In this document: piece by piece, positions 28,324-37,203 of the stretch | Layout: each line of letters starts with the position of its first letter | Position numbering within the stretch: the first letter of the stretch is position 1 | Assembly: GCA_002410925.1 (NCBI GenBank) | Contig: DHPR01000015.1 | Location: forward strand, 1 to 64,000 | Length of the DNA: 64,000 nucleotides | Source: a bacterium UBP13_UBA5359 | GTDB taxonomy: Bacteria > UBP13 > UBA5359 | Direction: 5' to 3' | Notes under the pieces: generated by a model | The model's database searches: none | What the model was told of the DNA's origin: nothing | What the model saw: only the letters and a program-made list of their open reading frames with translations | Program-made: the position numbers and the translations under genes

Positions 28324-29048
28324 TGAAGCTTGAAAAGATATCTCTGTTGCATGTTTTCGCTATCATTATCGTTCTATTTCTTTTTATCAGTGTTGGATTC
28401 TTCCTGGGTATATGCAAGCCTAAGCTCGGAGAAGTGACACAAATCAAAAATGAAATAGAGGAACAGGAAACGAAAATAACGTCGGCTAAAAGCACCATAA
28501 AGCGTATTCCTGAGCTGCAAGTCAGGCAGACAATGCTGATGAATCAGATAGCTGCAATGGTCGATAAGGAACTGGATGCCGGTAAAGCCGTACCGCTGGC
28601 AATACTGCAGGCATCAGAGTTCTTTCGAATAATGGTGAATTATCTGGAAGGATATGCCGGTGTGGAGGTGAACGGTTTAGCTTATTCCAAGAATGGAATA
28701 ACCTTCTCTTTAGGAGGCGCAAGCGCCTCCGGCGGCGGTTCGTCTGCTCCGTCTGCTCCGGCAGCTCCGGCAGCTCCGGCAGGGGGTGGCAGCTATGATT
28801 GGTCGCCCACACCTTTGCCGCTGACTATAAGTGCGAAAAATTTTGATGCTTTGAGAGGCTATATATCATATCTCAATAAGTTTCCTCTCTTGCTCGCTGT
28901 TGATAAATTATCTATAGCATCGTCGGTAAGCGGTGCTGCACAAAGTGGTGGAAATACAAATGCTGGAGGCGTCGTTACCGGATCCAATTATCCGTTGAAT
29001 GTAACTTTACCGTTGACAATGTATCAAATTAAAAAATCGGGCTCTTGA
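28323..29048 (+). CDS. pilO: Type IV pilus assembly protein PilO-like
   Basis: TM and coiled coil, C-terminal F..L..YI..L.KFP.LL.VDKLSI; positioned after pilN. Confidence 0.75.
   Translation: MKLEKISLLHVFAIIIVLFLFISVGFFLGICKPKLGEVTQIKNEIEEQETKITSAKSTIKRIPELQVRQTMLMNQIAAMVDKELDAGKAVPLAILQASEFFRIMVNYLEGYAGVEVNGLAYSKNGITFSLGGASASGGGSSAPSAPAAPAAPAGGGSYDWSPTPLPLTISAKNFDALRGYISYLNKFPLLLAVDKLSIASSVSGAAQSGGNTNAGGVVTGSNYPLNVTLPLTMYQIKKSGS
28743..28781 (+). repeat. 9-bp tandem repeat encoding SAPSAPAAPAAPA
   Basis: TCTGCTCCG x2 followed by GCAGCTCCG x2. Confidence 0.8.
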
Positions 29049-29093
29049 TGGTATGACGCAGCTATATGAAGCAAATGTTGCTGGTGGAAATTA

Positions 29094-29993
29094 ATGGATG
29101 ACAAAAAGAAAAAAATTATACTCTTAGGCGTATTGCTGGCTGTACTGGCGGCATTGGTTACAATTCGCCTGCTAAAAGGATCTTCGCCGACAAATATTGC
29201 AGGCGACCAGCCTTCCGAAATCGGTCAGGCACCGCTTGCACCACCCGGCGCAGAAGGGCCTGTGTCTCCCGGTCCCCAACAGACGGCAGCGAAGGCAGAG
29301 CCTGCTGTGCCGGCAACGGTGGTTGATGTGCCTAACCAGGTTTTTGTTGAAGTGCCGGCTGCAGCTCCGCGTAGGTTTACTTGGGCGCAGGGGCGGCAGG
29401 ATCCCTTTGTGCCCCTTTCCAAGCCGGCTGGTAGCGCAGGTTCTCCTCCTTATTCCGGAAGAGGCACGGGGCAACCTGCCGGTATGTACAGCCCGCGCAG
29501 GCTTACAGAGGGAATAGCTTTGCCTAAACCTGATGCTGCTTTAACTGAGCGTAGGAAGTGGGAGCAGAGAGAGAAAGAGGCTTTACCGGCATTGCCGAAG
29601 AAGCCGATATCGCGTGATGCTGCCGCAATGCTGGGCATCTCTTCCAGTGGGCCCGGGCTTGCGCCGATAGGGGTATCGGCAGGATTGATACCGCAGGTCT
29701 CGGCACCGGCGGTTGTCCTTACGGTAACTTCGGATGGCAAGGCTATAAAGCCACNNNNNNNNNNNNNNNNNNNNNNNNNNNNNNNNNNNNNNNNNNNNNN
29801 NNAGCCTAAGTTTAGCCTAAAGGCTATTTTGAAGGGGCAAACCAATATGGCTGTTATTGAGGATGAAAAACAGTCTTATGTTGCTAAACCCGGCGATGTC
29901 TTATCACAGGGGTGGCGAATAAAGAGTATTGATGTTGATACAGGCAGAGTAGTGCTGCAAAAGGATAAAGAGACAATTAACCTGTCACTTTAA
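29094..29993 (+). CDS. PilP-like proline-rich pilus assembly protein (spans an N gap)
   Basis: N-terminal TM, GRQDPF motif and a C-terminal beta domain LKAILKG...AVIE.....VAKPGD....GWRIKSI. Continuity across the gap is assumed. Confidence 0.65.
   Translation: MDDKKKKIILLGVLLAVLAALVTIRLLKGSSPTNIAGDQPSEIGQAPLAPPGAEGPVSPGPQQTAAKAEPAVPATVVDVPNQVFVEVPAAAPRRFTWAQGRQDPFVPLSKPAGSAGSPPYSGRGTGQPAGMYSPRRLTEGIALPKPDAALTERRKWEQREKEALPALPKKPISRDAAAMLGISSSGPGLAPIGVSAGLIPQVSAPAVVLTVTSDGKAIKPXXXXXXXXXXXXXXXXXPKFSLKAILKGQTNMAVIEDEKQSYVAKPGDVLSQGWRIKSIDVDTGRVVLQKDKETINLSL
29755..29802. other. Assembly or scaffold gap (48 N)
   Basis: Run of n characters. Confidence 0.99.
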
Positions 29994-30154
29994 CCGGGTG
30001 CGAAGTCTGAAGTCTGAAAAGAAATGTGGGAATGGGACTGATAGCTTTCGAACCGGAAGATGAACTTGGATAAATTGAAGATTGAAGAAGCGTGAATGTG
30101 CGGAAGTTTTAACAGGCAGCAGGCTTCAGACTTAAAAGCTGACTAGGGGGAGAT

Positions 30155-31669
30155 TTGATGATAACATTGAAAAGGATCCTCAGCCGGGGGCTGTTGCTCA
30201 TAACAGTAATTGTATTGCTATGCTCTCAGCTAGCGGCAAATGAGCAAAACACGATATCCCTGGATGTAAAGGGGTTGAAAGTTGAGGAGGTTGTAAGGCT
30301 GCTGGCTACCAGTAGCGGGGCCAATATTGCCATTGCCGATGGTGTTGAAGGAAGGGTGACGCTTTCAGTAAACGATATGCCTTTGGAGGATGTCCTCGAC
30401 CTTATCGTCAAATCTCTGCCGACGCTAACCTGGGAAAAGAAGGAGACCCCCTATATAATATACGAGTTGAAGCCGGCAGGCGATATTGAGTTCTATCGAT
30501 TGAAATATGCTCGCATGGAGGATGTAGGAACCTTTTTAGGTTTTTTTGTGCCTTCGGCTGCCGCCAGCCTTTACGGCTATTCTGCCTTTACCACAGGCGT
30601 TACATCCTATGGCGGCCTGCGTGGCACTACCGGAACCACCTCTGCAAGTAGCGGAATAGGCCTTTTCGGAGCTACTACGGCCACCGGGGGCACTACCGGG
30701 ACAACGACGGGGACAACGGCGGGAACGACAACGGGAACAAACCCATTTATGGCAGGTGGAGTCGCTGCCGGCGGAGCTGCCGGCGGCACAAGCGGAGCAG
30801 CTTTGGCAACTATTTTGGATCAGATTCAGATCCGCGCTTATCCGCCGCTGAACTCCGTTATTATTATGGGTAAGCCCGAAAAGAGAGCTCAGGTGAGGAA
30901 GATATTGGAAGCTATAGACGTAGCTCCGCCGGAAGTGCTTATAGAGGCACAATTTGTCGATATGCAGGCCGGGATCGCCAATAATTTCAATGTTTCCTGG
31001 CAGCTGGGCAGCGGGAAGCTGGGCGTGGACCTTCATACCCCAATGGTATCGGAGGTGGACGGCAAGACGAGTACGGAGTACAATACCGGTGCAGGAATCC
31101 AGTATGGTACTGTAATGCCGAATGTCTTTACTGCCGCTCTTAATGCGCTGGTGAGCGAGAACAAGGCCAAGATACTTACCAGTCCTAAGATTGCCGCCAT
31201 CAATAACCAGGCCGCACGCATATTGCTGGCTGAAGATTATAATTACAAGATAAATCGGGTTAGAGAGGAACCGGTAACCAGCGGTAACTCTACATCATAC
31301 AGGACTATTACGGAAACGGTATGGGAGACGGCTCAGGTTGGTATTGCCCTGACGGTAATACCTCAGGTACATCCCAATGGTATGGTAACTACTATGATTA
31401 TGCCGGAGGTAAGCACTCTCACCGGCCAGGCAACAATTGATGCTCCGCCTAATATGGCGAGAAGGACGGCTTTGACCACTATTCGCGTGCGTGACGGCGA
31501 GACGATAGTTATTGGTGGCCTGGCGCAGAAAACCCAAAATGATGCGGAATATAAGATACCATTGCTGGGTGATCTGCCGCTGGTGGGCAACCTCTTTAAA
31601 AATAAGAATAAGAATGACAGGGCATCAGAATTGGTAATATTCTTGACGCCGCGTATACTGCCGTATTAA
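30155..31669 (+). CDS. pilQ: Outer-membrane secretin (PilQ/GspD family)
   Basis: Signal peptide, STN-like domain, EVLIEAQFV, KILTSPKI..NNQAA.I, VRDGETIVIGGL, KIPLLGDLPLVGNLFK, ELVIFLTPRI. Confidence 0.92.
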   Translation: MMITLKRILSRGLLLITVIVLLCSQLAANEQNTISLDVKGLKVEEVVRLLATSSGANIAIADGVEGRVTLSVNDMPLEDVLDLIVKSLPTLTWEKKETPYIIYELKPAGDIEFYRLKYARMEDVGTFLGFFVPSAAASLYGYSAFTTGVTSYGGLRGTTGTTSASSGIGLFGATTATGGTTGTTTGTTAGTTTGTNPFMAGGVAAGGAAGGTSGAALATILDQIQIRAYPPLNSVIIMGKPEKRAQVRKILEAIDVAPPEVLIEAQFVDMQAGIANNFNVSWQLGSGKLGVDLHTPMVSEVDGKTSTEYNTGAGIQYGTVMPNVFTAALNALVSENKAKILTSPKIAAINNQAARILLAEDYNYKINRVREEPVTSGNSTSYRTITETVWETAQVGIALTVIPQVHPNGMVTTMIMPEVSTLTGQATIDAPPNMARRTALTTIRVRDGETIVIGGLAQKTQNDAEYKIPLLGDLPLVGNLFKNKNKNDRASELVIFLTPRILPY

Positions 31670-31692
31670 ACTACGGATAAGGATGAGATGAT

Positions 31693-31720
31693 AACGATGA
31701 CACCTTAAGGTGTCATCGTT
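31693..31720 (+). terminator. Perfect 28-bp palindrome after the secretin gene (probable terminator)
   Basis: AACGATGACACCTTAAGGTGTCATCGTT followed by GCTTT. Confidence 0.65.
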
Positions 31721-31740
31721 GCTTTAAGGGGGGGAAGGCT

Positions 31741-32916
31741 ATGTTGCGCTGGCTGACTGCCGGCGAATCCCATGGTCCGGCATTGATAGGAATAATTGAA
31801 GGAGTTCCTTCCGGGCTTCGCCTGGAGGTTGAACATATTGATAGATATCTGGCAAGAAGACAGAAGGGCTATGGTAGAGGCGCTCGGATGTCTATCGAGA
31901 GGGATAGGGTGGAGATCCTCTCCGGAGTGCGGCACGGCATGACGCTGGGTTCGCCGATAGCTCTTATCATCAGGAATTTGGATTGGGAGAATTGGCGAGA
32001 AAAGATGTCGCCCTCTCCCGTTCCCGGTTCAGATAATTGCAGCAAGGGTGATTGTTCCATATTCAGACCTCGTCCCGGGCATGCCGATCTGGCCGGCAGC
32101 CTGAAATATAATCAACCGGATATAAGGAATATATTGGAAAGAAGCAGTGCCAGGAGTACTGCCGCCTCTGTAGCACTCGGCTCGGTAGCCAAAAGGCTGC
32201 TCGATGAATTGCAGATAGGGATTGTGTCGCATGTTATTTCCATAGGCGGTATCTATGTTAAGGAGGGAATCGATCCCTGGTTACATAAAGAAGCCGTGGG
32301 CAATTCCCGCCTTTTCTGTGCCGATGCTGAGGCTGAAGGCGCTATGATCGAAGAGATAGATCTTGCCAGAAGAAAAGGCGATACGTTGGGTGGTATCTTT
32401 GAGCTGCGTGTTCGCGGGCTCTATCCTGGAATAGGCAGTCATGTTCAGGCGGATAGGCGGCTTGATGCTCAACTTGCTCAAGCTATCATGGGAATACCGG
32501 CTGTAAAAGGTGTGGAAGTAGGACAGGGATTTGCTGTTGCCGGTCTGCCCGGCAGCAAGGCGCATGATCCGATAAAATATAATTTTGTACATCGCGCATA
32601 TGTACATACCAGCAATAATGCCGGCGGCATGGAGGGTGGTATGTCTAACGGCGAAGATTTAATTCTTCGGGCAGTTATGAAACCGATACCCACATTAATG
32701 CAGCCTTTGGAGAGCGTTGACATGAGAGATAAATCTTCAGTCAGTGCTCATGCCGAGAGATCGGATGTGTGTGCGGTTCCGGCAGCCTCCGTTGTGGCTC
32801 AAGCCGAAGTTTCTCTTGTTATAGCCAGAGCTTTGCTTGAAAAGCACGGCGGCGATTCTATGGCGGAACTGCAGGCCAATTATAGTGCTTATAAACAAAT
32901 TATATCTATAAGATAG
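31741..32916 (+). CDS. aroC: Chorismate synthase
   Basis: TAGESHG, RPRPGHADL, ERSSAR, GD.LGG, NNAGGMEGGMSNG, MKPIPTL, ERSDVCAVP. Confidence 0.97.
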   Translation: MLRWLTAGESHGPALIGIIEGVPSGLRLEVEHIDRYLARRQKGYGRGARMSIERDRVEILSGVRHGMTLGSPIALIIRNLDWENWREKMSPSPVPGSDNCSKGDCSIFRPRPGHADLAGSLKYNQPDIRNILERSSARSTAASVALGSVAKRLLDELQIGIVSHVISIGGIYVKEGIDPWLHKEAVGNSRLFCADAEAEGAMIEEIDLARRKGDTLGGIFELRVRGLYPGIGSHVQADRRLDAQLAQAIMGIPAVKGVEVGQGFAVAGLPGSKAHDPIKYNFVHRAYVHTSNNAGGMEGGMSNGEDLILRAVMKPIPTLMQPLESVDMRDKSSVSAHAERSDVCAVPAASVVAQAEVSLVIARALLEKHGGDSMAELQANYSAYKQIISIR

Positions 32917-32930
32917 CGGGTGCGAGTATA

Positions 32931-34538
32931 ATGAATATCATTCTTGCTGGATTTATGGGAAGCGGCAAGAGCAGCGTGGGACCTCTTCTGGCGCGTATGA
33001 TGGGGGTTGACTTCCTGGATACCGATAGCCTGATAGAGGCTCAAAGCGGTAAATCGATAGATAGTATCTTTCGTGATAAAGGAGAGGGTTTCTTCAGAGA
33101 GCTTGAAAGCTCGATCCTGGCCGGCATAAAGGGTGAGGATAGGGTAATTGCCGTTGGCGGAGGAGCTCTTATCAACACTGAAAATATTCATGTTCTCAAG
33201 AAAAAAGGGCTGCTAATAGTTCTGAAAGTATCTCTGCAAGCGGCGGCGGCAAGGTTGGCCGATACCTGTGACCGCCCCTTGCTTAACAAGATGGACGGCG
33301 ATAAAGAAGAATTGGCGACTCTCATGGCTGAAAGAGAAGCGGGCTATGGCAAGGCCGATATCTTTATCGAAACCGATAACCTCTCTCCTCAGGATGTTGC
33401 AAAGAGAATTTTTGATAGATTAAGCTCATCTTCCATGTTTCGTGAAACATCAGTGACTGTCGAACTGAAGAAGAGATCATATGAGATTGTCATTTCAGAG
33501 CGGATTGATGCTTGGCATAAGAGAATCGCAGCTACCGGCTTTGAGGGGAAATTAGCTCTCGTTACGGATGATAATGTTGCTCCGCTCTATTTAGATAGAG
33601 TATCCAATGATTTGAAAGGCTCCTATGCCGTATATCCTATTGTGTTGAAAGCCGGAGAGACCTCCAAGACGCTCTCTGAGGCAGGACGGATATATGATGT
33701 ATTGCTGCGACACGGCTTTGACAGGTCATCCGGTGTGCTGGCGCTTGGCGGAGGCGTGGTAGGTGACCTGGCCGGATTTGTAGCTTCAACATATATGCGG
33801 GGGATGGCCTTTTTTCAGGCTCCTACCACTCTACTGGCGCAGGTAGATAGCAGTGTAGGCGGTAAAGTTGCCGTCAATCATCCTCTGGCCAAAAATTTAA
33901 TAGGTGCTTTTTACCAGCCGCGTCTTGTCATAGCGGAAACTGCTTTTCTCAGAACTTTGCCGATGTGCGAGATACGGGCAGGTTTGGCAGAGGTTATTAA
34001 ATATGGTATCATTTGCGATGCCCGCTTTTTCGGTTTTTTGGAGCAATCGGCTCCGCAGATACTCATGTTACAGCCTGATGTGATTACCGAAGCGATCAAT
34101 AAATCCTGTCTGATAAAATCGCTGGTGGTATCCGAAGATGAACGTGAAGAAGGCCGAAGAGCAATTCTTAATTATGGACATACTATAGGGCATGCGCTGG
34201 AGTATGCAAGCGGCTATAGTTCAATAGTTCACGGAGAGGCTGTGGCCACAGGTATGGCCGCCGCCGCCAGGCTATCGGTGCTGGAGGGGCTTTTATCCCA
34301 CGAAGACGAATTGAGGCAGAATAGTTTAATCGATAGATTTGGATTATCTTTAAAATATGCTTCCGGGAAAATATCTGATGTGCTGGCTGCCCTCTCCAGA
34401 GATAAGAAATGTGTGAATTCCGTGCCCAGTTTCGTTCTGGCGGAAAAGATTGGAAAGGTCGGCATTGCAAGACAGGTGAACGATGACAATCTTAGAGAAG
34501 CAATCGAGAGCATATTCCAGCCGTCAGGTTGCATTTAA
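32931..34538 (+). CDS. aroKB: Bifunctional shikimate kinase / 3-dehydroquinate synthase (AroK-AroB fusion)
   Basis: N-terminal half: GFMGSGKS, DTD, FRELE, GGG, RPLL. C-terminal half: GGGVVGDLAGF, PTTLLAQVDSSVGGK, AEVIKYG, LNYGHTIGHALE, HGEAVA. Confidence 0.95.
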   Translation: MNIILAGFMGSGKSSVGPLLARMMGVDFLDTDSLIEAQSGKSIDSIFRDKGEGFFRELESSILAGIKGEDRVIAVGGGALINTENIHVLKKKGLLIVLKVSLQAAAARLADTCDRPLLNKMDGDKEELATLMAEREAGYGKADIFIETDNLSPQDVAKRIFDRLSSSSMFRETSVTVELKKRSYEIVISERIDAWHKRIAATGFEGKLALVTDDNVAPLYLDRVSNDLKGSYAVYPIVLKAGETSKTLSEAGRIYDVLLRHGFDRSSGVLALGGGVVGDLAGFVASTYMRGMAFFQAPTTLLAQVDSSVGGKVAVNHPLAKNLIGAFYQPRLVIAETAFLRTLPMCEIRAGLAEVIKYGIICDARFFGFLEQSAPQILMLQPDVITEAINKSCLIKSLVVSEDEREEGRRAILNYGHTIGHALEYASGYSSIVHGEAVATGMAAAARLSVLEGLLSHEDELRQNSLIDRFGLSLKYASGKISDVLAALSRDKKCVNSVPSFVLAEKIGKVGIARQVNDDNLREAIESIFQPSGCI

Positions 34539-35409
34539 TAGCAAGCTGAAGGACCTGTTGCTGGAAATAAGACCACATCAATGGGTTAAAAATGTATTCC
34601 TGGCAGCCGGGTTGGTTTTTTCCGGTAATTTTACGAACCTTCATATGCTGATAACTGTTTTTTTAGCGATCTTTGCCTTTTGTTTGCTGTCCGGGTCAGC
34701 ATATATCATAAATGATATCATTGATCTTGAGAAGGATCGCCGGCATCCTCAGAAAGCTTATCGTCCGCTGGCCGCCGGCCGAATAAGTATAGCAGCTGCT
34801 TATATATATGCGCTGCTAATGGTTGTTCTGGCAGGAGCGATTATGCTTTTATTCTCGCTTGGATTGCGCTTTGCCTTAACAGCGGCTTGCTATTATCTGT
34901 TAACAATCCTATATTCCGTGGCTTTGAAAAATATACTCTTTGTCGATGTTCTGACGATCGCGGGAGGTTTTGTTCTGCGGGTTATAGCCGGATGTGTCCT
35001 TGTAGCTCCCGATATATCCCCCTGGATCGTTATCTGCTCGCTTCTGCTGGCGTTGTTTCTGGCTCTTTGCAAGCGGCGGCATGAGCTTCAGCTTTTAGGT
35101 GAGAATTCCGGCATGCATCGAACTGTTTTGAGTATGTACAGCGTTGAGATGCTGGATCAGCTGATATCCGTCACTATGTCTACTATAATTATGGCTTATT
35201 CGCTTTATACGTTTTATGCGGGACACAGCCCTATGCTTATGCTGACTATACCCTCTGTAATTTACGGTCTTTTCAGATATCTTTATCTGACGCATAATAG
35301 GAATATCGGCGGTGCTCCTGAACAGATGTTTACGGATAAGTCGATGATAATTAACATAATGATATGGTCGGTTCTGGCGATCATTATTATGCAGTTTAAT
35401 GGGAGGTAA
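34483..35409 (+). CDS. UbiA-family polyprenyl-phosphate phosphoribosyltransferase (DPPR synthase-like)
   Basis: RPHQWVKN, YIINDIIDLEKDRRHP.K..RPLAAG, YS..LK, GFVLRV.AG, KRRHEL. The start is uncertain because of overlap with aroKB. Confidence 0.88.
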   Translation: MTILEKQSRAYSSRQVAFNSKLKDLLLEIRPHQWVKNVFLAAGLVFSGNFTNLHMLITVFLAIFAFCLLSGSAYIINDIIDLEKDRRHPQKAYRPLAAGRISIAAAYIYALLMVVLAGAIMLLFSLGLRFALTAACYYLLTILYSVALKNILFVDVLTIAGGFVLRVIAGCVLVAPDISPWIVICSLLLALFLALCKRRHELQLLGENSGMHRTVLSMYSVEMLDQLISVTMSTIIMAYSLYTFYAGHSPMLMLTIPSVIYGLFRYLYLTHNRNIGGAPEQMFTDKSMIINIMIWSVLAIIIMQFNGR

Positions 35410-35411
35410 AT

Positions 35412-37178
35412 GTGTCCGGTTTTTGGGGAGGCGTTATATATGTTCTGACTGGCATGCTCTTTTCTTTCCTGTTGGTGAGATTTTCGACAGCATGCGATGG
35501 AAAGTTTCGTCTGTCCGGAGAAGCTGTGCTCTTTCTGGCTTTTGCTTTGACATTGCTTCTGGACGGTAAGGGGGGGGCCGGCGACAGGCTTACCGGTCTT
35601 CTCATCAGCTCCGGAATAATTGTTATTTTAGGATATGCACGCAGCTTGGGAAGAGTGAAGGACATTTATACATTTATCGTACCGGCTCTCATGGCAGTGG
35701 TTGCTTTTTACTACGGTATACGTATTGAGAGTATTTATTCCAGCGCTGTCGATACAGGAATAAACCTGGGTTGGTATGCCCTGCCTGTAACGGTTATCTG
35801 GTTGCTTTTATCTTCAAAAATATATGAGAGCACCGATAAACTGCCGGGGCTCTCTTTAAGGCTGACTGCGGTATCGGCATTGGCTTTTGCGGCAGCAGCT
35901 TTGATACAGCGCCAGGAGATTTTTTACACCATGGCCATGTCCCTTGCGCTGGCCGGGGCTTCTCTGGGTATGCTCCTTGGATATAATGGAAAGAGCTCTG
36001 TTTTATCTGCCGGAGGAAGCCTTTTGCCGGGTTATCTATTGGGAAGCATAGCTATTATCGGTGCGCTAAAATATACCGCTTCATTGGTATTTCTATTACC
36101 CGTTATGGTAATGGGCATTCCTTTGGTAAACAGGGCTTATCCCTTTACTATAAAGCATGAGCGGTCTTCCATGAGCATAGATACACCGTCGGCATTTTTA
36201 TATCGTTTTATGTTGGACGCAGGTATATCCGAGAGGGCTGTTATTCTCTTGATGACCGTATCTACAGCCTATCTCTGCCTGCTGGCGCTTGTAATTGTTG
36301 CTAATGTGACATGGATGTTGTGGGTCAAGCTCTTGTTTCTGGTCGGCGGAACGATCGCAGGTTATCTGCTCTTCGTTCTGGTTCTTCTTCTTGCACCTCG
36401 GCAAATTATAAAGCGCATGGCCGGCAGGGATACAATAGAGATAATGGACGTCAAGGTAAGCCATGTGAATATGGACGAGGCGCTCCATCAGGTTGAGACT
36501 TTTATCAGGACAAAGCGCCCGCATGTAATCGTTACACCTAATGCGCCGGCTATTATGCAGGCCAGGGAAGATCAACAGCTGAAAAATATAATCAACAACG
36601 CCGATCTTGTTGCGCCCGATGGTGCGGGCGTCTTGCTGGCATCAAGGCTCTTACAGAATCCTCTTCAGGATAGAGTGGCTGGGATTGATCTTCTGAATGC
36701 TATATGTAAAATGGCGGCTGACAAGGATTATTCGATATATTTGTTGGGTGCCAAGCCTGGCGTGGCTCTTGAGGCTGCTGACAAGCTGAAGGCTCGGTAT
36801 CCCGGTCTTAAAGTTGCCGGTATTCGTGACGGGTACTACCCTAAAGATGAAGAGGCGACCGTAGTTGGTGATATTGTAAAGGCTTCTCCGGATATTCTTT
36901 TTGTGGCCTTTGGTATTCCCAGGCAGGAAAAATGGATCGATCGTTATAAGGATGCTCTGGGCGTTCCGGTTTGCATGGGTGTAGGGGGGAGCTTTGACGT
37001 CATATCCGGGCGCTTGAAGCGGGCGCCGGCATGGATGCAGCGTTGCGGCCTTGAATGGGTCTATCGCGTATCACGGGAACCGAAGAGAATCGGCCGTATT
37101 CTCTCCATACCGCAATTTCTTTTGCTGGCGCTCTGGGCAAGGCATACCGATGTACCGTTAAAGGAAAAGAGAAAATAA
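35412..37178 (+). CDS. Fusion of a degenerate WecA/TagO (MraY-like) membrane domain and a WecB/TagA/CpsF (GT26) glycosyltransferase
   Basis: C-terminal VTPN, APDGAGV, RVAGIDL, G.PRQEKWI, MGVGGSFDV, KRAP.WMQ..GLEW.YR...EP.R. The N-terminal ~335 aa are multi-TM and collinear with TagO/WecA. Confidence 0.88.
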   Translation: MSGFWGGVIYVLTGMLFSFLLVRFSTACDGKFRLSGEAVLFLAFALTLLLDGKGGAGDRLTGLLISSGIIVILGYARSLGRVKDIYTFIVPALMAVVAFYYGIRIESIYSSAVDTGINLGWYALPVTVIWLLLSSKIYESTDKLPGLSLRLTAVSALAFAAAALIQRQEIFYTMAMSLALAGASLGMLLGYNGKSSVLSAGGSLLPGYLLGSIAIIGALKYTASLVFLLPVMVMGIPLVNRAYPFTIKHERSSMSIDTPSAFLYRFMLDAGISERAVILLMTVSTAYLCLLALVIVANVTWMLWVKLLFLVGGTIAGYLLFVLVLLLAPRQIIKRMAGRDTIEIMDVKVSHVNMDEALHQVETFIRTKRPHVIVTPNAPAIMQAREDQQLKNIINNADLVAPDGAGVLLASRLLQNPLQDRVAGIDLLNAICKMAADKDYSIYLLGAKPGVALEAADKLKARYPGLKVAGIRDGYYPKDEEATVVGDIVKASPDILFVAFGIPRQEKWIDRYKDALGVPVCMGVGGSFDVISGRLKRAPAWMQRCGLEWVYRVSREPKRIGRILSIPQFLLLALWARHTDVPLKEKRK

Positions 37179-37203
37179 AAATGCTAATTTGTGAGGTAAA
37201 AGA

